Positions 40,792 through 50,016 are shown, counted from the stretch's first letter. The stretch is 53,026 nucleotides of DNA from a bacterium (GCA_030640805.1 DAOWIS010000015.1:1-53026); one strand, 5' to 3'. Notes: generated from the letters alone by a model not told the origin. Made by a program: numbers and translations.

Positions 40792-40885
40792 CTTTCTCTC
40801 CCCTTTTAAGTTAAAGATTTACTTTCTTTTCAATCTCTTCATTATCAATGTTCTGCCTATATGATAGCATACTACATTATTTTTG

Positions 40886-41236
40886 TCAAGTTTTAGAGGT
40901 AGTTTCTATCTTTAAAATCTCTACTTCACTGAAGGGTTGGCGATGACCCTTCTTTTTTTTATAACGTTTTTTAGATTTGTATTTAAAAACTATTACTTTT
41001 TTGCTTTTGCCTTGTTTTAGAACTTTGCCAATAACTTTTACTCCTTTTACCAAAGGAGCGCCAATCTCTAATTTTTTTCCTTTTTCCAACAATAAAACTT
41101 CTTTGAAAGTTATTTCCTTTCCTTCAATTTTCCCTGCCCGCATCGCTACGCGAAGCGTTGCAGGCGGGTCAATTTTTATTTTTTGACCGGGAGAAACAAG
41201 ATATTGCTTACCGCCGGTTTTTATTATTGCAAGCAT
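40886..41236 (-). CDS. rplU: 50S ribosomal protein L21, with an in-frame insertion of about 10 aa
   Basis: The N-terminal MLAIIKTGGKQYLV and the C-terminal KKKKGHRQPFSEVEI are L21-like. Confidence 0.9.
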   Translation of the reverse strand: MLAIIKTGGKQYLVSPGQKIKIDPPATLRVAMRAGKIEGKEITFKEVLLLEKGKKLEIGAPLVKGVKVIGKVLKQGKSKKVIVFKYKSKKRYKKKKGHRQPFSEVEILKIETTSKT

Positions 41237-41249
41237 AATTTATTTAATA

Positions 41250-42185
41250 TTATTCTATTTTCTTCTTCTCTTCGGGCATTTCCAGTTCTCCTAAATAATC
41301 AATTTTTCCTATTAATCTCCCGTATCTGTTCTGGGCTCTTTCAGAAGAAGATTTAGCATGGTCAATATGAGAAGTCAAGGTATTTAGTTCATCTCCAAAC
41401 TTTACTGATTCTTGCTGAATAGCTTTAAGACCTGCTAATATTTTTTTTGAGGCCTCCTCAATTCTTGCTCCCTGAAGAGCCAACATTATGATTTTTAAAA
41501 AATAATAAAAACTATTAGAGGAAACAAGATAAATCTTTTTTGAATAACCGTAATCGAGAATTTCTGGCTGATTAGTAATAATTTCGTAATAAACTGCCTC
41601 AAAGGGCACATACATAATAGCAAAATCAACTGTTCCTTCTTGGGGTAAGATATATTTTTTTGAAATATCATTAATGTGTTTCTTAATGTCTCGAATAAAT
41701 ATCTTAAGGCAGGATTCTTTATCTTTCCCTTTTAGCTCCGAAGCTTTCTTAAAGTTTTCCATTGGGAATTTTGAATCAACAGGAATAATCCCCTGATTGG
41801 TTTTTATAACAGCATCAACTATGTCTCCCTCTCTAAACCTATATTGAACTTGAAAACTATTTTTTGGCAAAATCTGCTCTAATAAATTTCTCAAAACCTG
41901 CTCTCCTAAATTTCCTCTTAACTTTGGGGATTGTAAAAACTCCTGAAGACTTTTAAGATCGTGGCCAATTTCTTGAACCCTACCCAGCTCCAAAGCCATC
42001 TGGTTGTATCCATCTTCAAATCTTTTTTTCATTGAGTCAATATCCTGCTTTATTAAGTTCAGGGCAAATTCGTCTTTTTTTTCTTCTTTTATTCCCCGTG
42101 TCTCTCTCCTAATGTAAAAAATAGAAATTCCTATTCCTCCCAGCACTATTACCAATATTATAGCCAAAAATAAAAAATCACCCAT
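41250..42185 (-). CDS. rmuC: DNA recombination protein RmuC
   Basis: N-terminal TM helix and coiled coil, plus DAVIKTNQGIIPVDSKFPMENF. Confidence 0.75.
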   Translation of the reverse strand: MGDFLFLAIILVIVLGGIGISIFYIRRETRGIKEEKKDEFALNLIKQDIDSMKKRFEDGYNQMALELGRVQEIGHDLKSLQEFLQSPKLRGNLGEQVLRNLLEQILPKNSFQVQYRFREGDIVDAVIKTNQGIIPVDSKFPMENFKKASELKGKDKESCLKIFIRDIKKHINDISKKYILPQEGTVDFAIMYVPFEAVYYEIITNQPEILDYGYSKKIYLVSSNSFYYFLKIIMLALQGARIEEASKKILAGLKAIQQESVKFGDELNTLTSHIDHAKSSSERAQNRYGRLIGKIDYLGELEMPEEKKKIE

Positions 42186-42200
42186 AAGATGATGTTAGCA

Positions 42201-43160
42201 TTATCTTATTAAAATTTCAAACAAAACGAAAATTATATAAATCAAAAGTAAAAATATTGCTTCTTTTTTGGTAATCTTTTGACCGCTTCTAATAAATACT
42301 AAGAAAAATATTGCTGAAATTAAAAGAAAAATCCGACCAATGGTAAAAGGAGTGGAGTCGGCAATTTTTATTGGAGAAAGCAAAGCCACAACTCCCAAAA
42401 CTAAAGTAGCCGGCACTATAATTGAACCCATTAAATTTCCCAGAATCATCCAGGATTGGCCTCTTTTGGCTGAAACTACGGCAAAATAGATTTCTGGCAA
42501 ACAATTTCCTAAACCAACAACTAAAATTCCAATCAGGGGAAGACTTACATTGAGACTGTCAGCGAAATAAATAGCGCTTCTGATTATTCCTTCGGCAGCA
42601 ACCAAAAGTAAAATTAAAGATAAAATTATCCCACCCAGGTCTTTTATAAAGGTCTTGAAATCCTTTATAACTCCGTCTTTTTCATCTTCGTAAACTTTTC
42701 TAAATCTCTCCTCTTTGGAAAAAATCCAAAAAACATAAAAAGCAAAGGCAAAAAGAAGGACTAAGCCATCCCCTCTTCCTAAGGTCCCGTCCATAATTAA
42801 AATTAAAGGTAAAACAGCAATTACGGCTGTAAAGATAGCACTGCCCTGAATCATCCTACTTTCTGCTGGGATTGTCACACCAGCAATTAAAACTGCCAAA
42901 GCCACCGCCAAAGTCAAATCTACAACGTTTCCTCCCACTATATCTCCTAAGGAAAGTTGAGGAATGCCACGAATTACTGAATCTATTCCTAAAAAAAGAT
43001 TAGGAATTGTTCCAGCAAAAGCCATTACAAAAAAGGCAACTATAAATTCCCGCCAATTGAGAAATTTGGCTATTCTTATTAAGGCCCTAATTAGTCGCTT
43101 TCCTGACCAAAAAAGCAGTAAACAAGAGATTATAAAAATTAAAATATAAACTAAAATCAT
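42201..43160 (-). CDS. Ca2+/cation antiporter (CaCA, YrbG-like)
   Basis: Two alpha-repeats (GDIVGGNVVDLTLAVAL and GNLMGSIIVPATLVLG). Overlaps the ATPase gene by 4 nt. Confidence 0.8.
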   Translation of the reverse strand: MILVYILIFIISCLLLFWSGKRLIRALIRIAKFLNWREFIVAFFVMAFAGTIPNLFLGIDSVIRGIPQLSLGDIVGGNVVDLTLAVALAVLIAGVTIPAESRMIQGSAIFTAVIAVLPLILIMDGTLGRGDGLVLLFAFAFYVFWIFSKEERFRKVYEDEKDGVIKDFKTFIKDLGGIILSLILLLVAAEGIIRSAIYFADSLNVSLPLIGILVVGLGNCLPEIYFAVVSAKRGQSWMILGNLMGSIIVPATLVLGVVALLSPIKIADSTPFTIGRIFLLISAIFFLVFIRSGQKITKKEAIFLLLIYIIFVLFEILIR

Positions 43161-45808
43161 ATTTGGGTTTGCTTTCTGACAATAAAATAATGTTTGGCTA
43201 TTTCAATTAGAATAATTTCTATTACCCCAAGACCAATTAAAATTAACCAATCAAAAGGTCCCAAGGGAACAGTTTTAAGCAGGTTTTGAAAAACCGGTAA
43301 ATATGTAGCCATAAAGAGAACAATAATTCCCACTAGACAAGCCAAAACTAAAAGTTTATTAGAAAAAAAATTAATATGCCAAATATTTTTTCTTAAACTT
43401 TTACAAGAAAAAACGTAAAAAAGAGAATCAATGCCCAGGGCAGTAAAAATTATTGTCCTAATATGACTTACCTCATAATTGTTATTCAGGAGCCAAAAAA
43501 ATATTCCTAATAAAATTAAGTCCGTAACCAAACCGATAACAAAAATAATTACTTTCATCTCTCGGGTCAGCAAGGGAGCGCTCCGAGGTTGGGGCTTTTG
43601 CTTCATTAAATCTTTTTCCTTTGGCTCAAAAGCTAAAGCAATACTGGGCAGACCATCGGCAATTAAATTTACCCATAAAATTTGAACGGCTGAAATTGGT
43701 AAAATCCAGGCCTGTTTTGTCAACCAACAGATTGTCATTGATCCGCCAATCAAAATCACTTCGGTAAAACTATCGGAAAGTAAATAAGTAATAACTTTCC
43801 TTATATTGTCAATAATGGCCCTTCCTTCTTCAATAGCAGCCACAATTATGGAAAAATTATCGTTAAGTAAAACCAGGTCGGAAACTTCTTTAGCCACTTC
43901 GGTTCCCGAACCTAAGGCTACTCCGATGTCGGCTTTCTTTAGAGCCGGGGCATCATTTATACCATCGCCGGTCATTGCTACCACTTCTCCCCTTTCCTGC
44001 CAGGTCTGAATAATTCTCATTTTATGAGCCGGCTCAACCCGGGCAAAAACCTGAATATTTTTTATTTTTTTTGAAAATTCTTCATCCGACATTTTATCTA
44101 AATCTCTTCCCTCGATGATATTTCCTTCCTTTACCTTAAAACCTAATTCTTCAGCCACCGCTTTAGCTGTTAATTTATGGTCGCCGGTAACAATAATTGG
44201 TTTCATTCCTGCCTCTTTACAAATTCTGATTGCTTCTTTTGTTTCTTTTCTTAAAGGGTCTTTTAAAGTAATAAATCCAACAAAAGTCAAATCAGTGCAC
44301 AATTCTTCTAAATTATAATTTTGGGATTTGGAATTTGTGATTTTCTTATATCCTACCGCTACTACTCTTAATCCTTTTGAAGTAAGTTCGTTTAATTCTT
44401 CTTTCAACTCCTTTAATTTTTTCTCATTTAATTGTTTTTGTTCTCCGTTTATTTCTAATTTAGAGGAAAGATTTAAAAGTTTTTCAGGCGCTCCACAGAG
44501 ATATAGAATCTGATGATTTTTATCTAATTGATGAAAAGTAGCAATATATTTATTGATTGGATTAAAGGGTAATTGAGACATAATCGGCATTTTCTTTTCT
44601 AATTCTGGTTTGGAGATTCCCATTTCCAGACTGGCTAAAAGTAAAGCTCTGTCGGTAGGACGTCCTTTAATTCGCCACTTTTCAAAAGGTTCTTCAAAGG
44701 GTTCTTCCGGATTTTCAATAAAGGCCTCATTGCATAAAGTAGCAATGATTATTGCCAGCTTCTGGCTTTTTTCGGTCATATCAGAAGTAACAATTTTAAA
44801 AACCTTCATTTTCCCTTCGGTTAAAGTCAAGGTTTTATCAGTGCAGATTATTGAAGTACTTCCTAATGTCTCGGCTGAAGCTAATCTCCTTACCAATCCT
44901 TTTCTTTTTAAAATTTTCTGCATGGCCAAAGCCAAAATTACTGTCATTGCCACCGGTAATCCTTCAGGAATGGCTGACACTGCTATGGCTATTGCCACCG
45001 TAAACATTTCTATGAATTCACCTCCAGTTAACAGTCCCTCAATGAAAATAATCAGACAAATTATAGTAATAACAAACCCAACAACTTTGGAAAAACGGGC
45101 TAATTTTTTCTGATAAGGAGTTTTTTCTTCTTTAGTTTCTTTAATCAAAGTAGCCACTTTTCCAATTTCCGTTTTTGCTCCAATTTCGGTGACTACTGTT
45201 CTTCCCACGCCATCTTCAACAGTTGTTCCCATGTAGACCATATTATCTCTATCAGCCATCGGAGTATTCTCTGGTAAAATATCAATATTTTTTGTCGCTG
45301 CTAACCATTCACCGGTCAAAGGGGCTTCATTTATCTTTAGATTATAACTCTCAATAATTTTTCCATCGGCTGGTACTTTATCCCCGGCTTTTAAAATAAA
45401 GATGTCTCCGGGGACTAACTCTTCCTGAAAAATTTCTTTTTCTTTTTCCTCCCGAAAAACAACGGTTTTTATTTTCAATACTTTCTTTAATTCTCTCAGG
45501 GCTTGGGAGGCTTTATTTTCTTGGAAAAAACCAACAATAGTATTTAAAAGAACTGCTCCAAAAATCACAATAGAATCAGTATATTCTCCTAAAAATAAAG
45601 TAACTATCCCAGCAATTATTAAAATATAAATTAAGGGGCTTTTAAGTTGCTCCAAAAAAATCCTTAATTTAGATAAGGGTTTTTCTTCAGGAAGTAAATT
45701 TCTGCCAAATTTTTCTTGGCGTTGGAAAACTTCTTTTTCCGAAAGTCCTTTTTCTGAATCGGAATTTAACTTCTTTAAAACTTCCTGAATATCAAAAGAA
45801 TGCCACAT
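43157..45808 (-). CDS. P-type cation-transporting ATPase (P2, Ca2+-type)
   Basis: Cation_ATPase_N; TGEW (TGES-like); phosphorylation site CTDKTLTLT, where canonical DKTGT has L in place of G; TGDGINDAPALKKADIG. Confidence 0.85.
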   Translation of the reverse strand: MWHSFDIQEVLKKLNSDSEKGLSEKEVFQRQEKFGRNLLPEEKPLSKLRIFLEQLKSPLIYILIIAGIVTLFLGEYTDSIVIFGAVLLNTIVGFFQENKASQALRELKKVLKIKTVVFREEKEKEIFQEELVPGDIFILKAGDKVPADGKIIESYNLKINEAPLTGEWLAATKNIDILPENTPMADRDNMVYMGTTVEDGVGRTVVTEIGAKTEIGKVATLIKETKEEKTPYQKKLARFSKVVGFVITIICLIIFIEGLLTGGEFIEMFTVAIAIAVSAIPEGLPVAMTVILALAMQKILKRKGLVRRLASAETLGSTSIICTDKTLTLTEGKMKVFKIVTSDMTEKSQKLAIIIATLCNEAFIENPEEPFEEPFEKWRIKGRPTDRALLLASLEMGISKPELEKKMPIMSQLPFNPINKYIATFHQLDKNHQILYLCGAPEKLLNLSSKLEINGEQKQLNEKKLKELKEELNELTSKGLRVVAVGYKKITNSKSQNYNLEELCTDLTFVGFITLKDPLRKETKEAIRICKEAGMKPIIVTGDHKLTAKAVAEELGFKVKEGNIIEGRDLDKMSDEEFSKKIKNIQVFARVEPAHKMRIIQTWQERGEVVAMTGDGINDAPALKKADIGVALGSGTEVAKEVSDLVLLNDNFSIIVAAIEEGRAIIDNIRKVITYLLSDSFTEVILIGGSMTICWLTKQAWILPISAVQILWVNLIADGLPSIALAFEPKEKDLMKQKPQPRSAPLLTREMKVIIFVIGLVTDLILLGIFFWLLNNNYEVSHIRTIIFTALGIDSLFYVFSCKSLRKNIWHINFFSNKLLVLACLVGIIVLFMATYLPVFQNLLKTVPLGPFDWLILIGLGVIEIILIEIAKHYFIVRKQTQI

Positions 45809-45850
45809 ACTTTCATTTTACCAAAAAAAACCGTAATAAGAAATGTTTAT

Positions 45851-45880
45851 AAAAGAAAAAGGGACGCCATAAGGCACCCC
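45851..45880 (-). terminator. Intrinsic terminator/attenuator inside the ATPase 5' leader
   Basis: On the minus strand, GGGGUGCC-UUAU-GGCGUCCC (8 bp including two G-U pairs), followed by UUUUUCUUUU, 43 nt before the ATG. Confidence 0.65.
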
Positions 45881-45912
45881 TTTATTAATGTTGACTTTTA
45901 ATGTTCAATTTG

Positions 45913-46012
45913 ATGGCAATGGGTGGTTTTTCACCACTATGACGCCCCGCAGGGTTCATGACCAGACTCCTTCTGGACATAGTCTCCCTATTTCTAGGGG
46001 AACCATTGCCAT
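45913..46012 (-). promoter_or_regulatory. Structured 5'-leader RNA (riboswitch or attenuator candidate, class unknown)
   Basis: An outer helix of 9-10 bp (45913-45922 with 46003-46012) encloses CCCUA-GAAA-UAGGG, ACUAUG/CAUAGU, CCAGA-AGGAG-UCUGG, CCC-UGCG-GGG and GGUG-AAAAAC-CACC. Confidence 0.55.
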
Positions 46013-46065
46013 AACTTTTTACTTCCTTATTCTTTTTTTAAAGATCCCCGTCATTTTCTACTTCT

Positions 46066-46095
46066 ATTATACCATAATAGGTCTATATTTGTCAA
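46066..46095 (-). promoter_or_regulatory. Near-consensus sigma70 promoter driving the ATPase leader
   Basis: On the minus strand, TTGACA (46090-46095), an 18-nt spacer ending in TG, and TATAAT (46066-46071). Confidence 0.65.
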
Positions 46096-46238
46096 GCCCT
46101 TTGTGAAATTTGTCTATTTTATTTCATTTCTTCCTAATCTCAATGAATTTCCACCTGAACATTTTTAATGGACGACCGTCTAAGCCCTATCGTTTAGATG
46201 GGGCTTAGATATATCTAGGAAGAAAAATTGAATGAGAA

Positions 46239-46406
46239 TTATTCAGGCAGCAGTGGTTTGCCAGTCCTTTTTAAATATCTTATCCATTCTTCAAGAAGGT
46301 CAGAGCCGCTTAGAAGATTCCTAGACTTGTCCTCTTTAAAAAACCTCTGAATGTCAGATTGATCTTCTTTAGAAACTTTATCTTTTATCTTTTTTCTTTT
46401 TTTCAT
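46239..46406 (-). CDS. Small basic/acidic hypothetical protein (55 aa, below the ORF-track cutoff)
   Basis: GGAGGAG SD sequence 6 nt upstream. My hand translation gives MKKRKKIKDKVSKEDQSDIQRFFKEDKSRNLLSGSDLLEEWIRYLKRTGKPLLPE. Confidence 0.45.
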   Translation of the reverse strand: MKKRKKIKDKVSKEDQSDIQRFFKEDKSRNLLSGSDLLEEWIRYLKRTGKPLLPE

Positions 46407-46531
46407 CTTTTTCTCCTCCTAATAAAAAGTTATAAAGGTACTAAAATGTTTCTGGCGCCCCTAATCGGAGTCGTCCAGTCATTTGACTGGGCGTCCCGAC
46501 TAAGGTCGGGACGAACCTATTTTTTCTATTG

Positions 46532-46606
46532 TAGCCCTGACGGGATTCGAACCCGTGTTGCCAGATTGAGAATCTGGTGTCCTAAACCAGGCTAGACGAC
46601 AGGGCC
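46532..46606 (-). tRNA. tRNA-Glu (anticodon CTC); no encoded CCA
   Basis: GGCCCTG-TC-GTCTAGCCTGGTTTAGGAC-A-CCAGA-TTCTCAA-TCTGG-CAAC-ACGGG-TTCGAAT-CCCGT-CAGGGCT-A, with a G1-U72 wobble. Confidence 0.85.
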
Positions 46607-46676
46607 AGTTCATTCCTAATTTAACAAAAAATCTAACATCTGTCCATGTTAGATTTTGAATGTCAAATGTCAAATG

Positions 46677-47912
46677 TCAATTGTTATCTTTTAGTAATAA
46701 CTCGTTGGCTTTTTCGGGATAAGCCATAATTTCTTCCACTATTTTTTCCAGATGTATTTCTCGAGAACCTTTAACTAAAATAAGGTCTTCTTTGTTTATC
46801 TTTTTCTGTAAAGTCAATCCGGCCTCTTTTAAATCTTCAAATTGAAAAATCTTTTCTTCGAGAAAACCTTTAATTTTTGCCTCATCAGCAATAAATTTTG
46901 CCCGGGGACCGATAACAAAAAGTAAATCAACAATTTTTGCTGCTTCTTCTCCCATATGACGATGAGCCTGTTCAGTATATTTTCCAATTCCAATTATATC
47001 TCCCAAAACAGCCACTTTTCTTTTTCCCTTTATTTCCTTCAAAACCTCAAGAGCAGTTAACATAGAAAAAGAAGAAGCATCATAACTATCATCAATAATT
47101 AAACTTTCTTTTATTCCTTTTATAAGTTTCATTCTGCCTGGCGGAGATTGATATTTTTCTAAACTTTGAGAAATTTCAATTAAATTAAGATCTAAAGTTA
47201 CTCCAACCGCGGTTGCCGCTAAAGCCGCATAAACTTGTGATTTGCCAAAAGTATTAAAAACTCGCACTGGAACTATATTTCCTTCAAAATCTATTTTAAA
47301 AGTAATTCCCTTTTGTTCTGGGTAATTTAAAATTTCATAATTTATGGCTCTTACTTCTGCCCCTCCTCCAAAGCCAAAGGTAATAATGTAAGCCTTGGCA
47401 TCACTTTTCATATCAAAAACAGTAGCATCATCATAATTTAAAATAGCGAAATCCTGAGAATGGAGAGATTTAAGAAGATTTATTTTTTCTTTAGCTTTCT
47501 TTTCTTCCCCAGCAAAAAACTCTCCTCGGGAAGGTATTTCTCCTATTGCCGTTACTAGGCCGATATGAAAAGGTATAAATTTAGTAAAGTATTTAATATT
47601 ACTTGGTGAAGCGTTCATTTCTAAAATTAAAACTTGAGGATGCTTTATTTTAATCAGAATTTTAAAGATACTTAAAAAAATTATTCCCAGCCAACTAAAA
47701 AAGTTTTTATTTTTATTACTTGTTCCTAAAATAGCCGAAAATATTGATTTTTTATCATTGGCTTGATTTCTTCGGACAGTAAATTTTGACTTTAAAACAG
47801 TATAAATTGCTTCTTTGGCACTGGTTTTTCCTATATCTCCAACAACCCCTATTATAATAGGTTTATATCGCCAAAGGATTAACTTAGATAAAAACTTTAG
47901 GAGAGAAAACAT
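46677..47912 (-). CDS. murF: UDP-N-acetylmuramoyl-tripeptide-D-alanyl-D-alanine ligase MurF (short form)
   Basis: The P-loop is present as GVVGDIGKTS. DDSYDASSFSM is MurF-like. The gene follows ftsI. Confidence 0.7.
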   Translation of the reverse strand: MFSLLKFLSKLILWRYKPIIIGVVGDIGKTSAKEAIYTVLKSKFTVRRNQANDKKSIFSAILGTSNKNKNFFSWLGIIFLSIFKILIKIKHPQVLILEMNASPSNIKYFTKFIPFHIGLVTAIGEIPSRGEFFAGEEKKAKEKINLLKSLHSQDFAILNYDDATVFDMKSDAKAYIITFGFGGGAEVRAINYEILNYPEQKGITFKIDFEGNIVPVRVFNTFGKSQVYAALAATAVGVTLDLNLIEISQSLEKYQSPPGRMKLIKGIKESLIIDDSYDASSFSMLTALEVLKEIKGKRKVAVLGDIIGIGKYTEQAHRHMGEEAAKIVDLLFVIGPRAKFIADEAKIKGFLEEKIFQFEDLKEAGLTLQKKINKEDLILVKGSREIHLEKIVEEIMAYPEKANELLLKDNN

Positions 47913-47927
47913 AAATGTTTAATGTCT

Positions 47928-48019
47928 AATGTCCAATCAATGACCAATTCCTAAATGATTAAATTACTATTCCGTCATTTGATATTTAAGCATTCATTTG
48001 ACATTTGGATTTTGTCATT
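47928..48019. repeat. 92-nt intergenic repeat, identical to 50017-50108
   Basis: aatgtccaatcaatgaccaattcctaaatgattaaattactattccgtcatttgatatttaagcattcatttgacatttggattttgtcatt. Confidence 0.9.
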
Positions 48020-48028
48020 GGGATTTTG

Positions 48029-49681
48029 TCATTCGGCATTTACCGAGTGGTCTGGTGGTATTTCTAAATAATTAAAAAGATATTCGGCTACCCTTTTAAA
48101 TACCGGACCAAGGGAACCAGCGGCAAAACGAATCCCATGGGGAGAATCTAACTTAATAAAAATTAAAAATTTAGGATTGAAAGCCGGAGCAAATCCTAAA
48201 AAAGAATGCCAAACTTCATCTGAATAACCAATTTTATTTTCTCCTAAAGAAGTATAAGGAATCTGACTGGTTCCGGTTTTGCCAGCAATATGATAACCTG
48301 GAATTCGGGCTAATTTTCCAGATCCATTTTCCACCACTGAAACCATCATTGCAGTAATTCTTGAAGCGGTAGTTGGAGAAATAACTTCCTTGATTATTTG
48401 GGATTTGGTTTTTACTGAAACATTACCATTAATAAATTCATCTACCACATAAGGTTTTACCATCTTGCCTTGATTAGCAACAGCCGAAAAAGCAGTAACC
48501 AACCCGACTGGAGTAATACTTATCCCCTGACCAAATGAAGCCGTAGCATAATTAATATCTCTAAAAGTATTTAAATTATTGATATCTCCTTTTTCCTCTC
48601 CTACTAAATCAATTCCCACTTTCTCGGAAAAACCAAAATTTTTAAGATAGTCTAAAAAAATATCTTTCTCTATTTGATTTACGGCAAAAACAGCGCCAGT
48701 ATTTAATGATTTTTCAAGTACCTCGGTCATAGTTTGTTCCCCATATGATTTGCTGTCTACATTTCTAATAACTCGCCCCCCTACTCTTACTTGTCCCTCA
48801 TCTAAATAAGTAGTCTGAGGAGTAAGCTTTCCGGTCTCAAGAGCTACAGCCATAGTAATTGGTTTAAAAACCGAACCGGGTTCAAAAAGAGATTGAACTG
48901 ATTTGTTCATGAAGATTCTTTGATTTTCTACTTGGGAATATTGATTGAGGTCAAAATTAGGAAAATCAGCCATAACTTTGATTGCCCCAGTCGTAGGATC
49001 AGAAACAATAATTGTTCCTCCCTTGGCATCCCATTTCTCCACTAGCTCTTTTAGCTCTTTCTCGCAAATATATTGGAGATTATAATCGATAGTTAAAATT
49101 AAATCTTTTCCCTTTTTAGACCAATCCCCCTCTAACTCATCGTTATAAAATTCTTCAATTCCATATTGACCTGTTTGGCTTTGGCTATCATAACCAATAA
49201 ATCCTGACAAAGAGGCAGCTAAAGTGTTTTGGGGATAATAACGAAAATTATCCGGTTTTAAGCCGATTCCTTTTAATTTTAATTCTTTAATTTCTTTTCC
49301 TTTTTCTTCGGAAACTTTATTTTTAAGAGGTTGATAAGGGTCTTCAACTTTAGTAATTTTTTCCAATATTTCTTCTTGAGGGATTTCTAAAATAGAACTT
49401 AAAATTTGGGCTGTTTCTTCTGGATTTTCAATTTCTTTAGGAACTGCATAAACTATATTTCCTTCTTTATTTATGGCTAAAGGTTGAGATTTTTCTCCTT
49501 TTTCTTGAAAAAATATTTCTCCCCTCAAAGAAGAATTAGGTGAAAAAGAATTAATCTGTCCTTGAAAAAGAGCAGCGTAGAAATCATGATTTTTGACTTG
49601 AAGAAAAAACAAGCGACTTCCGATAGCCGCAGCAATTAAAATTATAATAAAAAACAAAAAATAAAATCTCCAAGCCCTCAT
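48029..49681 (-). CDS. ftsI: Penicillin-binding protein 2/FtsI-type transpeptidase
   Basis: TM anchor and dimerisation domain, with the SxxK (SVFKP), SxN (SLNTG) and KTG (GKTGT) motifs. Confidence 0.9.
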   Translation of the reverse strand: MRAWRFYFLFFIIILIAAAIGSRLFFLQVKNHDFYAALFQGQINSFSPNSSLRGEIFFQEKGEKSQPLAINKEGNIVYAVPKEIENPEETAQILSSILEIPQEEILEKITKVEDPYQPLKNKVSEEKGKEIKELKLKGIGLKPDNFRYYPQNTLAASLSGFIGYDSQSQTGQYGIEEFYNDELEGDWSKKGKDLILTIDYNLQYICEKELKELVEKWDAKGGTIIVSDPTTGAIKVMADFPNFDLNQYSQVENQRIFMNKSVQSLFEPGSVFKPITMAVALETGKLTPQTTYLDEGQVRVGGRVIRNVDSKSYGEQTMTEVLEKSLNTGAVFAVNQIEKDIFLDYLKNFGFSEKVGIDLVGEEKGDINNLNTFRDINYATASFGQGISITPVGLVTAFSAVANQGKMVKPYVVDEFINGNVSVKTKSQIIKEVISPTTASRITAMMVSVVENGSGKLARIPGYHIAGKTGTSQIPYTSLGENKIGYSDEVWHSFLGFAPAFNPKFLIFIKLDSPHGIRFAAGSLGPVFKRVAEYLFNYLEIPPDHSVNAE

Positions 49682-49682
49682 G

Positions 49683-49985
49683 TTATTTTTCTACTAATGA
49701 TGGTTTACTTATTTCCAGATAATCTATCTTATCAATCTTTACCATATTTAAAAATTCACTAAGTTGAGTGATGTTTTCTAAAGATTGGAGAGTAGAAACA
49801 GTCATTCCCAGGTCCTTATTTCCTTTTTTGAGAGCCTCGATTCTTTCTTGATAATCTTCTAAAGAATAATTAGCGTTTACTTTATTATGAATTTTTAAAA
49901 TATAAATTCCCCCTAAGCTAATTATGGTAAGGATCAATAAAAAAGAAATAAAGATATTAATTAATTTGTAGGGGTTCTTAGCCAT
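49683..49985 (-). CDS. ftsL: FtsL-like small bitopic cell-division protein
   Basis: About 100 aa with one TM helix and a coiled coil, positioned between rsmH and ftsI. The start at MAKNPYK is preferred. Confidence 0.55.
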   Translation of the reverse strand: MAKNPYKLINIFISFLLILTIISLGGIYILKIHNKVNANYSLEDYQERIEALKKGNKDLGMTVSTLQSLENITQLSEFLNMVKIDKIDYLEISKPSLVEK

Positions 49986-50016
49986 AAGTAAGAAAAATGA
50001 CAAATGCCTAATGACC

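Noticed and set aside
40735-40800. The short tandem repeats (gtcatcttt / gttatcttt units) as a regulatory or CRISPR-like array
   Set aside because: There are only a few 9-15-nt units. They lie at the 5' end of a small ORF (encoding MTKITKITERKMTETKMT) and look like simple slippage repeats.
45913-46012. Assigning the leader to a known riboswitch class (M-box, yybP-ykoY, NiCo, fluoride, ydaO)
   Set aside because: I could not find the signature sequences I remember, for example GGGGAGUAG with UUGACAUA for yybP-ykoY, or GAUGG...CUGAUG for fluoride. It is left as an unclassified candidate pending an Infernal search.
45888-46106. ORF 45888..46106 (72 aa) as a gene
   Set aside because: It is antisense to a promoter, structured leader and terminator that precede the ATPase gene. 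It has no RBS, and its composition is explained by the RNA helices.
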